A stretch of 64,000 nt of DNA, taken from Flavobacteriaceae bacterium (lineage in GTDB: Bacteria; Bacteroidota; Bacteroidia; Flavobacteriales; Flavobacteriaceae). A model generated the notes under the pieces. The model saw nothing but the letters and a program-made list of their open reading frames with translations. It had not been told where the DNA came from and did not search any database. Of the stretch, positions 8,744 through 18,935 are shown in pieces (position 1 is the first letter of the stretch; each line of letters begins with the position of its first letter). A program made the translations under genes and the position numbers. Location of the stretch: the NCBI GenBank assembly GCA_031277535.1, contig JAITMD010000014.1, positions 42,926 to 106,925 on the forward strand. Direction: 5' to 3'.

Positions 8744-11233
8744 TTAGAAGTAAATACCTACAGAAGCTCTTATTGCAAATTTTCTTGCATCAGGCATATC
8801 CATATAATTCCCTCTCCAACTCAAATCTATTCTCAGTACTTTAAAGATATTTGCTACAGCAGCATAATATTCATAATATACATCTTGAGGAGCATTGTAA
8901 ACTAAATTTGATGCATTTAAATCTTTGCTACCTTGAGAAATATTTCCATATACTCCTCTTACCCCTATAATTTCTCTTAAGTTAGCATCCCTCAATCCTG
9001 GTATTCTTGACAATAAACGTCCTCCAAAATCATGCTCAAGGTGTAATGTGGTATATTCATCAGTTACAAACTCATAATAATTTAAGTTTGCAAAAGTGTT
9101 TTGAATATTAAACCACGATTGATTCCCAGGTATAACGTTTAATAATCCTAAAGGAACATCCCCAAATGTTTTACCTGCTTCAAATATAGTGGTCAGTGTT
9201 CCAAAACCTCCTATTAGTACTGGTTTTCTTGCATAGAATTGTAGTTTGCTATATTTGAAGTCGCTATCCATTATTCCTTTCATTCCTTGACTATAACGCA
9301 TATATAAACGCAAATATCTTTTATCAATATCTTTTCTGTCTACTCCATAGCCAATAGTACGTCTACCAGGTGTATAATCAACAGCAAATTCTAATTCAGA
9401 CTGTTTCGTTTCATTGCTAATAATATTGTTTTCTTTATCTACATAATAATCCAAGTTAAAGCGATCAGATGCAGGTTTAAGGGTTCTATAGCTAAACATA
9501 GTACTAAACTTTAAGTTCTTCAGAGGTTCTATTTCCATTCCTAAAGTACTTAGATTAATTTTAGTCAGTTTAGAGTTATCACCACTTGCAAATAATGAGT
9601 TGGAAGCAAAGCTTCTTCCCAATACATCATTTGATTCTGTTAGACGAACACCAATTTGTTCAACATCACGTCTGTTTCCTCCAAACAAGATTAAACGGGA
9701 GTCGTTGTCTAACAATACTTTCCCACTAATACCATATTTGAATTGATTATCTTTCAATCCATAAGCTCCATAACCTTCTATACGCCATTTGTCATTAGGC
9801 CCAAAATATGTTCTACCTCCTGCTCTTAAACGTATTCCTTCAATATCATTGTATCCAAATGTAGAGAAGATAGGTCCAAAGTCAAACTTATACTTATCTA
9901 TGTTGTAATAATTACTCGCAATCATAGAGGTAAAGTCAAATAAGAACTTAAACTTAGGTACAGTCTTTAAAGTATCCAACATTTTGTAAATACCTAACTC
10001 ATCTTTACTCAACGACTCAAAGCGGTTTTCAGCCCAATATTCATCAGATTTGGTATAAACTGATTCATCGTATTGGTTGACTGTTTTTTGATAATAATCT
10101 GAAGAACGTGGAATATTAAATTCATGGTTTTTATAAACTGTTGTACGCTTTCCATACATTCCTTTTGATTCTTCTTTTTTAGAAAGAGCAAAATCAGACA
10201 TAAAGTGGTCGCGTTTTAATAAAAACACAGAGTCATTGATTACATCAAATTCCTGTTCAATGTATATTTCTTTTACCCAGTTAATATTAGCATCTCTACT
10301 TCCTTGCATATTAATTTTCTTAATTGCAAAAGTAGAATCATTCACCCAAAAGTCTCCTTTAAAAGTAAGCTCTCCTTTTCTACGAGGATAATAGACAATG
10401 TTGTAGCACAACTTATTGTCAATGTATGCTGTATCAGCTAATACATAGTTGTAAACATTAATTCCTGTACGAGATAAAGGGCTAACAAAGTCTTTGTCAA
10501 ATATTTTAATGTAGTTGTTGTAGATGTTGTATTGTGCATACAAATCTTTCACAAATTCAATGATATGTTGATTGGTATCAAATCCAGAGTTTTTATTTGC
10601 AATTGGTTTTTCAATCTTTTGATTTGTTAGATTGTTACCGTATACTCTTGCAATATTTTCGTTAATGAAAATAGGTAAATATGTTTTTCCAGTTACTTTA
10701 TTCGTATCTATTTGTTTAAAGATAAATTCCATCCCTCTAAACAATTTCTTTTTTTGATACGCACTGTCGATTGTATTTAAGTCAAATTCAATCTTTTCAT
10801 ATTTATCGTATTCATATTGAGAGAACATGTACAAACCATTTTTTCGTTTGCGCTCCCAAATTTTACGTAATATATCTAAAGCAGGGTTGTTCTTCTTAGA
10901 AGTTTTCCCTGTGTAGATTTTTACCTCTTGGAGCATATTGTCCTCTTTTAACACAACTTTCATATCAAGGTTAACCCGTTGTGTTAATTGAATATTTTGT
11001 GTTTTGTAACCAACAAAACCAACCACAAGAGTTTCGTGTGTCTCTGGTGATTCAAGATAGAACTTACCATTTTCATTAGCAATTACTCCTGTTGTAGAGT
11101 TTTTGAAATAAACGCTGGCATATGGAACTTCTATTCCATTTTCGTCAATAATAATTCCACTTACCTTAGTTTGTCCCCAAGAGAGTAGGGGAATAAACAT
11201 AAATAATAGTAAAAACTGTATTTTAATTTTCAT
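8744..11233 (-). CDS. DUF5686 family outer membrane protein with N-terminal carboxypeptidase regulatory-like domain
   Basis: Signal peptide; CarboxypepD_reg-like 'VSGIIIDENG..VPYASV'; 'YEYDKYEKIEFD'; C-terminal aromatic residue. Start moved from 11263 to 11233 because the longer start overlaps the pdhB terminator. Confidence 0.8.
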   Translation of the reverse strand: MKIKIQFLLLFMFIPLLSWGQTKVSGIIIDENGIEVPYASVYFKNSTTGVIANENGKFYLESPETHETLVVGFVGYKTQNIQLTQRVNLDMKVVLKEDNMLQEVKIYTGKTSKKNNPALDILRKIWERKRKNGLYMFSQYEYDKYEKIEFDLNTIDSAYQKKKLFRGMEFIFKQIDTNKVTGKTYLPIFINENIARVYGNNLTNQKIEKPIANKNSGFDTNQHIIEFVKDLYAQYNIYNNYIKIFDKDFVSPLSRTGINVYNYVLADTAYIDNKLCYNIVYYPRRKGELTFKGDFWVNDSTFAIKKINMQGSRDANINWVKEIYIEQEFDVINDSVFLLKRDHFMSDFALSKKEESKGMYGKRTTVYKNHEFNIPRSSDYYQKTVNQYDESVYTKSDEYWAENRFESLSKDELGIYKMLDTLKTVPKFKFLFDFTSMIASNYYNIDKYKFDFGPIFSTFGYNDIEGIRLRAGGRTYFGPNDKWRIEGYGAYGLKDNQFKYGISGKVLLDNDSRLILFGGNRRDVEQIGVRLTESNDVLGRSFASNSLFASGDNSKLTKINLSTLGMEIEPLKNLKFSTMFSYRTLKPASDRFNLDYYVDKENNIISNETKQSELEFAVDYTPGRRTIGYGVDRKDIDKRYLRLYMRYSQGMKGIMDSDFKYSKLQFYARKPVLIGGFGTLTTIFEAGKTFGDVPLGLLNVIPGNQSWFNIQNTFANLNYYEFVTDEYTTLHLEHDFGGRLLSRIPGLRDANLREIIGVRGVYGNISQGSKDLNASNLVYNAPQDVYYEYYAAVANIFKVLRIDLSWRGNYMDMPDARKFAIRASVGIYF

Positions 11234-11250
11234 AGCAAGGATATTAAAAT

Positions 11251-11294
11251 AAAAAAACTCCATCTAAATGCTTGATAAAGCTTAAGATGGAGTT
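11251..11294 (-). terminator. Intrinsic terminator of pdhB
   Basis: aactccatct...agatggagtt hairpin followed by a T-run on the minus strand. Confidence 0.7.
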
Positions 11295-11315
11295 AACAAA
11301 TATAATTAAAATATC

Positions 11316-12293
11316 TTATCTATATAGTGTTTTTTTAACTGCTTTTACAACGTCTTGTGCATTTGGCAACCATTGTTCTAATAATACTGGTGAATATGGT
11401 GCTGGCGTATCTGCAGTAGTGATTCTTTGAATTGGAGCATCTAAGTAATCGAATGCTTGATCTTGAACCAAATAAGTAATTTCTGAAGAAACACTTCCAA
11501 ATGGCCAAGCTTCTTCTAATATTACTAAGCGATTTGTTTTCTTAACAGAGTTTAAAATTGTTTCTTGATCCATTGGACGAACTGTACGTAAGTCAATTAC
11601 TTCACAAGAGATTCCTTCTTTCTCTAATTCTTCAGCAGCTTTTAAAGCCTCTTTGATAATTTTACCAAAAGAAACGATAGTTACATCTTTTCCTTCTCTT
11701 TTGATATCTGCAACACCCAATGGAATAGTGTATTCTCCTTCTGGAACTTCTCCTTTGTCTCCATACATTTGTTCAGATTCCATAAAGATTACTGGGTCAT
11801 TATCACGGATAGCCGCTTTTAATAATCCTTTTGCATCATATGGTGTAGAAGGTACTACTACTTTTAATCCAGGTGTGTTTGCAAACCAGTTTTCAAATGC
11901 TTGAGAGTGTGTAGCTCCTAATTGTCCAGCAGAAGCTGTAGGTCCACGGAATACAATTGGAATATTGAATTGTCCTCCAGACATTTGACGCATTTTTGCT
12001 GCGTTATTTATAATTTGGTCGATTCCAACTAAAGAGAAGTTGAAAGTCATAAACTCTACGATAGGGCGATTACCGTTCATTGCAGAACCAACTGCAATAC
12101 CCGCAAATCCAAGCTCTGCAATAGGAGCATCGATTACGCGTTTAGGTCCGAATTCGTCCAACATACCTTTAGAAGCTTTATAAGCACCATTGTATTCTGC
12201 TACTTCTTCACCTATTAAATATATTGATTCGTCGCGACGCATTTCTTCACTCATAGCCTCGCATACGGCCTCTCTAAATTGAATCGTTCTCAT
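11316..12293 (-). CDS. pdhB: Pyruvate dehydrogenase E1 beta subunit
   Basis: 'GEEVAEYNGAYK', 'DAPIAELGFAG', 'EFMTFNF', 'VIDLRTVRPMD'. Confidence 0.96.
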   Translation of the reverse strand: MRTIQFREAVCEAMSEEMRRDESIYLIGEEVAEYNGAYKASKGMLDEFGPKRVIDAPIAELGFAGIAVGSAMNGNRPIVEFMTFNFSLVGIDQIINNAAKMRQMSGGQFNIPIVFRGPTASAGQLGATHSQAFENWFANTPGLKVVVPSTPYDAKGLLKAAIRDNDPVIFMESEQMYGDKGEVPEGEYTIPLGVADIKREGKDVTIVSFGKIIKEALKAAEELEKEGISCEVIDLRTVRPMDQETILNSVKKTNRLVILEEAWPFGSVSSEITYLVQDQAFDYLDAPIQRITTADTPAPYSPVLLEQWLPNAQDVVKAVKKTLYR

Positions 12294-12468
12294 AATTTAT
12301 CTATTTTCCGTAATTAATTTACAAAAGCAAAAATAGAAAAAAATATCTTTATCTATAGTATCCAGTTTATTGTTTTATCGCTTTTGACCTCTAATCTACT
12401 TTTTTAATATTCTTTTATCTATGTATTAAAGGATTGTTTGCAAATTGTTTAGATTTAGCAAACAAATA

Positions 12469-13092
12469 TTAATAAGATATAAGTTGTTTTTCTATATGAT
12501 TGTCAGTTACTAATAGTACTTCTTGATTGCTAAGCGTTAGTAAAGGCAGCTGTTTGTGATAGGTATCAAAAATATTATCTGCTACTTCAGTAAAAGGAAA
12601 GCTTTTGTAGTGAACCAATGGATAATAATCTATTAGGTTTAATCCTGTAGTACATGGTAAGTTACGTGCTTTAGTTCTGTCATCCATTGTTTCTATATAT
12701 TGTATGTCAGGAGCCATTACAATACTTCCGGCAGATGTTCCAATATATATTTTTCCTTTGTTTATTTCCTTTACAATAAGTTGATCTACGTTTTTGTTTT
12801 TTAACTCTTGTAGCAGGTAAAACGTATTTCCACCCGAAACAAAGATATAATCACAAGCGTCTAAGCTTTCAGTGATGCGTTCTATGGTAGCTGTACTTAT
12901 TTCTAATTCATAAATCTGCACTCCTAAGTTTTGAAATGCTTTTTTATCATTAACAACATGACCTGTATATTCTTCAACAATACTCGCTGTAGGGATAAAA
13001 CATACTTTTTTAGCAGTCATTTCTTCCCTTGCAAATTTTGGAAATAAAGAGGCTACATCACTAAATGAAGCCGATAGAAAGAGTTTTTTCAT
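12469..13092 (-). CDS. Peptidase E (S51) family / class I glutamine amidotransferase-like protein
   Basis: 'FIPTAS', 'IFVSGGNTFYLL', nucleophile elbow 'YIGTSAGS', 'HY'; likely start MKKLF at 13092. Confidence 0.85.
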   Translation of the reverse strand: MKKLFLSASFSDVASLFPKFAREEMTAKKVCFIPTASIVEEYTGHVVNDKKAFQNLGVQIYELEISTATIERITESLDACDYIFVSGGNTFYLLQELKNKNVDQLIVKEINKGKIYIGTSAGSIVMAPDIQYIETMDDRTKARNLPCTTGLNLIDYYPLVHYKSFPFTEVADNIFDTYHKQLPLLTLSNQEVLLVTDNHIEKQLISY

Positions 13093-13205
13093 TGGAGTTA
13101 AAATAGAAAAACAAAGATAAATCTTTCTTTTAAAGAATGTAATCATAAGCGTCTGTTATTATATAGTGGAATAATATAGATGCGTCTGATATCCTTCACT
13201 TCTTT

Positions 13206-13250
13206 AAAAAACAAAAGAGACTGAACTATTAATTCAATCTCTTTTGTTTT
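13206..13250 (-). terminator. Probable terminator after GNAT gene
   Basis: acaaaagaga...tctcttttgt inverted repeat with T-run on the minus strand. Confidence 0.65.
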
Positions 13251-13794
13251 ACAGTTGGGTTCGCAACCAATCTTCGTATTTTAATCTTGTAATTACCTCT
13301 ATACGATCATCTTTAAAATATTTGTCATATCTATTTTCAGATTTGTATGCAAAGGTAAAACCACATTTAGATTGTGCACGTAGGGATTTGATATTTTCCT
13401 CATAAAATCCACACCACAAATCAGTCATTTTTAAATCGACAAAAGCGTGTTTGATTAATGTCTGTAATGCTTCTGGAATATAACCTTTTCCCCAGTGAGG
13501 AACACCTACCCAATAGGCTACTTCTGCTTCTGTTTCTGAGATGTCGAAGTTGCTGTTTTTGCCAATTAGTAATCCTATACACCCGATTGCTTCATTTGTT
13601 TCTTTTAGTGCTACGGCGTATATTTCAGGATGATTAAATTCATTCTGGATCACTGCTTTGCTTTCTTCCACATTTTGATGTGCTGGCCATCCAGCAGGAG
13701 GGCCAATGTTTTCGTCTTTAGCATATAAATATAAATGCTCTGCATCTGACTCTTCCCAAGGGCGTAAAATCAATCTTTCCGTAATTAGTCTCAT
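13249..13794 (-). CDS. RimJ/RimL-type GNAT N-acetyltransferase
   Basis: 'LITERLILRPW', 'HWGKGYIPEA', 'NIKSLRAQSKCGF'. Confidence 0.9.
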   Translation of the reverse strand: MRLITERLILRPWEESDAEHLYLYAKDENIGPPAGWPAHQNVEESKAVIQNEFNHPEIYAVALKETNEAIGCIGLLIGKNSNFDISETEAEVAYWVGVPHWGKGYIPEALQTLIKHAFVDLKMTDLWCGFYEENIKSLRAQSKCGFTFAYKSENRYDKYFKDDRIEVITRLKYEDWLRTQL

Positions 13795-14040
13795 TTTTTC
13801 TTATTTGATGTATTCCTACTTTAGTTTTAGAAATACTTGTTATTTTCTGTGACAAAAGTAGTTCGGCTTATTGAGAGGTTATGTATGAATATTTAAGGTA
13901 AAAATGTAATTTTGGAAACTAAATAAGGTTTTTGATAAGTGAATTAATGTTTGAAGTGTAATTTTTAAAACTAATAGTGTCTTGTGAGTAATCGGATTTA
14001 TTAGATTAAGCTGAGATAAATGATCAAGTAATAGCAAAAT

Positions 14041-14865
14041 ATGGATATAAATAACAAGCTTTCTTTAACGTGTGGAGTAGTCTATGGGATTTGTACAAAT
14101 GATACTATAGGAAACTACCCTTTACAGTTATCTTATTTAACGCTTTTTTTTGTGGAGAAAGGGGTAGGAGTTGTAAGTATTGATTTTAAAGAATATCCCA
14201 TAGCTAAAGGGAGTTTTATAGTTGTAGGAGAAGATAATATAGTTAGTTTTAAACGAGTTAGTAAGGGGTTTTCAATGCATTGTTATTTTATTAAACGAGA
14301 TTTAGCCAGTGAAATAGCTTATGTGTTACCCAATGAATTGTTTAGTTATTTACACTATTTCCCTATTCAATATTTTAAAGTAGAAGATCAAACAAGTTAT
14401 GGGTTATGGCAGTCACTTACTCTTTATCTGATGACTCATTCTACTTCACATATTAAACAATTGTTGTGCAACCAGTTTCAAAATTTATTTTTAACGTTAG
14501 CAGAGTTTATTACATATGAGGCATTTGTTTTAGAAAAACATTACAGTCGTCAAGAAGAGCTATGTTGGAAGTTTTGGGACTTAATCAGTATATATGCAAA
14601 AGAACATAGAGAAGTGTCTTTTTATGCAGAGAAGTTATTTGTTACACCGTATTATTTATCTCAAGTCACACAGCAGTTTTTAAATTATAGTCCTAAAGAA
14701 TTAATTAATCGTCAAGTTATTTTAGAAATAAAACATTTCTTAAAAAGTACAGATTTAAGTATTGGGCAAATAGCAGAACAACTTCACTTTGTAGATCCTT
14801 CTTATATGGGAAGATTCTTTAAACGAGAAGTAGGTATCAATCCATTAGAATATCGAAAGAAATAA
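14041..14865 (+). CDS. AraC family transcriptional regulator
   Basis: C-terminal double HTH 'FYAEKLFVTPYYLS' and 'SIGQIAEQLHFVDPSYMGRFFKREVGINPLEYRK'. Confidence 0.92.
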   Translation: MDINNKLSLTCGVVYGICTNDTIGNYPLQLSYLTLFFVEKGVGVVSIDFKEYPIAKGSFIVVGEDNIVSFKRVSKGFSMHCYFIKRDLASEIAYVLPNELFSYLHYFPIQYFKVEDQTSYGLWQSLTLYLMTHSTSHIKQLLCNQFQNLFLTLAEFITYEAFVLEKHYSRQEELCWKFWDLISIYAKEHREVSFYAEKLFVTPYYLSQVTQQFLNYSPKELINRQVILEIKHFLKSTDLSIGQIAEQLHFVDPSYMGRFFKREVGINPLEYRKK

Positions 14866-14971
14866 GTGTATATGAATAAATAAATTGTTTGAATATTATT
14901 ATAATTTAGTTTAAAATACTTTGTTTTTTGTAATTAGTGATTTATTTTTATGAGTATAAAACTAAATTATT

Positions 14972-17200
14972 ATGAAGAATTATTACTTATTATTGTTTTT
15001 TGTGTTGTCGTGTACTGCTTTTGCACAAAATTTAAAGCCACCTACTTTCTCTTCTGAAAGTGGTTTTTACAACCAGGGATTCTCTTTATTGTTGAGCCAC
15101 AACAAAGCAAATGTCAAGATTATTTATACAACAGATGGGTCAGAGCCTTCTTTGGATAATGTAAATGGCAAGGTGTACAACTATAAGGTAAAGTATCCAC
15201 AATATGGGGGACAACAGCCTTTTGAAATGCACCAAAACACGTTGTATTCTTATATCTATTCTGCTCCAATATTGGTGTATGATCGCACAAATGAGCCGAA
15301 TAGAGCTGCTAATATTTCTACAACATACGAATTCAATCAGTATTTTCCTTCCACTAAAATTGATAAAAGTTTTGTTGTGAGAGCAAAAGCTTATATAGAC
15401 CAGAATAACTATTCAGAGACAGTGACTAAAGTTTACTTTATAGATAAACAATATAAATTTCCAGTCTTGAACGTTAGTGTGAATGAGGATGCTTTATTTG
15501 GTTATGAAAATGGGCTTTGGGTAGCAGGTAAAACTTTTGACGATTGGCGCATAGCTAATCCTCAGGTTAATGATTATGAAACGACTGTAACGGCTAATTA
15601 TTGGGCAAGTGGTTCAGCGTCAGAAGTGCCTGTTAATATTGTTTATTTAGATAAGCAAACAGAAAAGATTAATCAAACGGTAGGTATTAGAAATCATGGG
15701 AATGGCTCTCGTTTTTTTAAGAATAGATCTTATCGTATGTATGCTAAATCTGATTATGGTGCTAAGGATCTCAAGCATAGTTTCTTTAAGGATTATCCTT
15801 ATGACTCTTTTAAGCGATTAATTGTAAGAAACTCTGGGAATGACACATATAGAACAATGTTTAGAGATGCCTTTATCCAAAAACTAAATGAGCACTTGAA
15901 TTTTGAAACTCAAAAGTATCAACCTATTATAACTTTTGTAAATGGGGAATATTATGGATTAATGAATTTGCGAGAACGATATGATGAAAAGTATTTTGAA
16001 AGAGTGTACAATATCAAAGAGAAAGATTTAGACTTCTTAGAAAATCAAGGTTTAGCAGATATAGGAGACAATGTAGAATATCTAAAAGTAGTGGATTATT
16101 TTAAAAACAATAGTTTAGCAGGTGATGCAAATTATAAAAAAGGTTTGACCTATATTGATGAAATCAACTTTACAGATTATCAAATAGCTGAAATATATGC
16201 AGCTAACTTTGATTGGCCTCATAACAATAATACCTATTTTAGAAAAAGAGTTAGTTATACACCAACGGCACCTTATGGGCAAGACGGTAGATTCCGTTGG
16301 GTATTAAAAGATATGGATGCGGGTTTTAATGGAATAGATGAATGGATAAACAATTCATACAATCACAATACTTTAAATGCGGCCATTCAACACGATGATT
16401 ATATCTTGAAAGGACTTTTAACGAATAATGCGTATAAAAACTATTTTCTAAATCGCTTTGCTGATTTAATGAATACTTCTTATAAAGAACAACACGTGAT
16501 TGGTGTAATCAATGCAATGCAAGACAATATTCGTGCAGAAATGCCTAAGTATATTGAACGCTGGAATTTAATTAAGTCAATGCAAGATTGGGAAAATAGA
16601 GTAGAGCAGTTAAGAGAGTTTGCTCGTTTAAGACCAAATAACCAATACCAACATTTACAAACCTATTTTAATATTAGTGGTAATTACCAGTTAACTGTTC
16701 AAACAAATGATACACTTAAAGGCTTTGTAAAGGTAAATACCATTGAAATAAATAATACTACAATAGGGATTGATGGCAACTATGAAAGCTGGGAAGGGCA
16801 GTATTTTAAAAATATTCCAATTACATTGGAAGCAATTGCTTTACCAGGATACAAATTTTCTCGTTGGGTAGGAGATGTAAAATCTACAAAGCAGAAAATA
16901 GTAGTTCAGACCAATACAAAACAAAAAGTAAAAGCTATCTTTATTAAAGAACATCAAACAAATGATTTAGATAAAGTAGATTTTATACTTTATCCAAATC
17001 CTGCAGTTGATGTATTACATGTTGCTTCGGCATCGAGTAGTTCTATTGCTTATAGAATTTTTGATAGACAAGGGCAGATGGTACAAGATAACAGTACGTT
17101 GAATCAACAAATAGATGTAAGTCAATTCAATAAAGGAATTTACATCATTGAGTTGAAACAAGACAATAAAAAAGTAGTGAAGAAATTTATTAAAAAGTAA
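14972..17200 (+). CDS. CotH kinase family protein with N-terminal Fn3-associated domain and C-terminal T9SS type A sorting domain
   Basis: Signal peptide; 'PPTFS..SGFY..IIYTTDGSEP'; CotH motifs 'GIRNHGNGSR', 'YYGLMNLRER', 'DWPHNN', 'WVLKDMD'; CTD 'LYPNPAVD...KGIYII...VVKKFIKK'. Confidence 0.85.
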   Translation: MKNYYLLLFFVLSCTAFAQNLKPPTFSSESGFYNQGFSLLLSHNKANVKIIYTTDGSEPSLDNVNGKVYNYKVKYPQYGGQQPFEMHQNTLYSYIYSAPILVYDRTNEPNRAANISTTYEFNQYFPSTKIDKSFVVRAKAYIDQNNYSETVTKVYFIDKQYKFPVLNVSVNEDALFGYENGLWVAGKTFDDWRIANPQVNDYETTVTANYWASGSASEVPVNIVYLDKQTEKINQTVGIRNHGNGSRFFKNRSYRMYAKSDYGAKDLKHSFFKDYPYDSFKRLIVRNSGNDTYRTMFRDAFIQKLNEHLNFETQKYQPIITFVNGEYYGLMNLRERYDEKYFERVYNIKEKDLDFLENQGLADIGDNVEYLKVVDYFKNNSLAGDANYKKGLTYIDEINFTDYQIAEIYAANFDWPHNNNTYFRKRVSYTPTAPYGQDGRFRWVLKDMDAGFNGIDEWINNSYNHNTLNAAIQHDDYILKGLLTNNAYKNYFLNRFADLMNTSYKEQHVIGVINAMQDNIRAEMPKYIERWNLIKSMQDWENRVEQLREFARLRPNNQYQHLQTYFNISGNYQLTVQTNDTLKGFVKVNTIEINNTTIGIDGNYESWEGQYFKNIPITLEAIALPGYKFSRWVGDVKSTKQKIVVQTNTKQKVKAIFIKEHQTNDLDKVDFILYPNPAVDVLHVASASSSSIAYRIFDRQGQMVQDNSTLNQQIDVSQFNKGIYIIELKQDNKKVVKKFIKK

Positions 17201-17203
17201 AGT

Positions 17204-17240
17204 AAAAATAGCTTGGTCAAAATGACCAAGCTATTTTTTT
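17204..17240. terminator. Bidirectional terminator
   Basis: aaaaatagcttggtca-aaa-tgaccaagctattttt perfect stem between convergent genes. Confidence 0.85.
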
Positions 17241-17259
17241 AGATCTTACTTCCTCTTTA

Positions 17260-18456
17260 TTATTGGTTATTGATGTTTTTAAACCATGAGCTAAGATGCT
17301 TAGGTGTTACTTCTGTAAGAGTAATTGTATCACAAGAATTAAACGTGCTAAATCGTTTGATAAGTGCTATAAACGGAGCAACCCATTCCTCTATTTGTAT
17401 GTTGTGATTTTCGATGTGTAGGTTGATGAGTTCAAGCCTTTTTTCTTTGCGATGAACTTTACAATCTACTCTGCCTATAAAATTCTGTTTGTACAAGATA
17501 GGTAAACAGAAATAACCATATTGTCTTTTTTCTTTTGGGAGATAGCACTCCAATCGAAAGTTAAAATCAAATAGTTGTTGTAGTCTATCTCTATGAATAA
17601 TTAAATTGTCAAATGGCGATAGTAACAAAGTTGTGGGCTCTGTGATTAAGGAAGTGTTGTTTAGTAATTCTGTTAGAATATATACAGGAGGCATATGTTC
17701 AACAACTATTTGTTGTACACTGCCTTGTTCACACATTATTTCTAACACTTTTGCTACATTCTTTTTTAGGACACTACCCGTTTTTAAATGAGTGATTTGT
17801 CCCATTGTCGTAAATCCATAAGCTTTTAAATACGTTTTGGTTAGCTGTTCTGCAATTTCAAAAGGAGTAGGCATTTGTGTATTAATGACAGAAGGCAATA
17901 CACGTTCAGTCAAGTCAAAAGTTTTCTGCATTGCCTCTCGTTTAGCAATCATCAAATCTCCTTGTAGAAATAATCTTTCTAAAGCTATTTTTGCAGGTTT
18001 CCATTCCCACCAAGTTCCATTTGTTGGTTTTTTACTCTCAAAATCCCTCGCTCTTTTAGGTCCTTCTTCTCGAATGGTGTCCAGTACATAGCGCATTACT
18101 TTAGGATCTACTTTGTAGTAGTGTTTTTTGTCTTTTTTGATTTGCTCCATTTGTGGAAGAGCAAAACGAAAATCATCTATGGGTAGATAAGATGCCGCAT
18201 GAAACCAATATTCAAATATTTTTTTCTCTTGTACCAGCTCGTCCAAAAAGGTGCTTTTGTAATCAGGTATTCGAGTCCATAAGGTATGATGATGTGCGCG
18301 TTCTACAACAGATATTGTATCTATTTGAAGGTACCCCAAATTAGAAATAGCTGTTAATACCCCGCTTTTAGAATCCCCAAAAGACGACTCAGTAGATAGG
18401 CCTTGTTGTTTTAATGTGATTAACCGCAATTGTGCTGAGGTTAGGTTTTCCTTCAT
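17260..18456 (-). CDS. AlkZ/YcaQ family winged-helix DNA glycosylase (HTH_42)
   Basis: Q-x-D motif 'LGYLQIDTISVVERAH'; 'IFEYWFHAASYLP'; 'LSPFDNL'; 'RQYGYFCLPIL'. Confidence 0.85.
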   Translation of the reverse strand: MKENLTSAQLRLITLKQQGLSTESSFGDSKSGVLTAISNLGYLQIDTISVVERAHHHTLWTRIPDYKSTFLDELVQEKKIFEYWFHAASYLPIDDFRFALPQMEQIKKDKKHYYKVDPKVMRYVLDTIREEGPKRARDFESKKPTNGTWWEWKPAKIALERLFLQGDLMIAKREAMQKTFDLTERVLPSVINTQMPTPFEIAEQLTKTYLKAYGFTTMGQITHLKTGSVLKKNVAKVLEIMCEQGSVQQIVVEHMPPVYILTELLNNTSLITEPTTLLLSPFDNLIIHRDRLQQLFDFNFRLECYLPKEKRQYGYFCLPILYKQNFIGRVDCKVHRKEKRLELINLHIENHNIQIEEWVAPFIALIKRFSTFNSCDTITLTEVTPKHLSSWFKNINNQ

Positions 18457-18810
18457 ATACTTGGAGAATATTTAGATATAACAATGTTATAAATATATGA
18501 AATATGTTGCTGTTGTAGATTCGTACCCATCGGATTTAGTTGGAAAGAAAACTGAAAAAACAAGAGTCAAAAATTCTGTTTTTATTGATTAATAGTCCCT
18601 TTAATGTATGATTAAAATAAAATAGGAGTGTTTTTTTGATGTAGGCTATTCATTTAATCCTTTTTTATTGTTCTTTTTGAAAAAAAGCATCACTTTTTTT
18701 GGAATTATTTTTAGCTATTTTTTATATTAATTTACTTTAAATCAGTTTATTGCTTGTTTTTGTGCTTGTTTTTAATTTTTATTACGAATGCTTTGAAAGC
18801 CTGTTTTTAC

Positions 18811-18935
18811 CTGAGTTGTTCTGAAATCCTTCAAGGATTGTTCAACAATAGCCCATAAATGCTCTATCAGAGAGGTTGTTTGCTGAACAATTGTTGAAGC
18901 ATTGTTGAGGTATTGTTGAAGTATTTGTTGGTAAT
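18811..18935. repeat. Degenerate 11-bp-periodic intergenic repeat tract
   Basis: Units such as aaggattgttc, caattgttgaa, gcattgttgag and gtattgttgaa; the two halves point in opposite directions. Confidence 0.6.
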
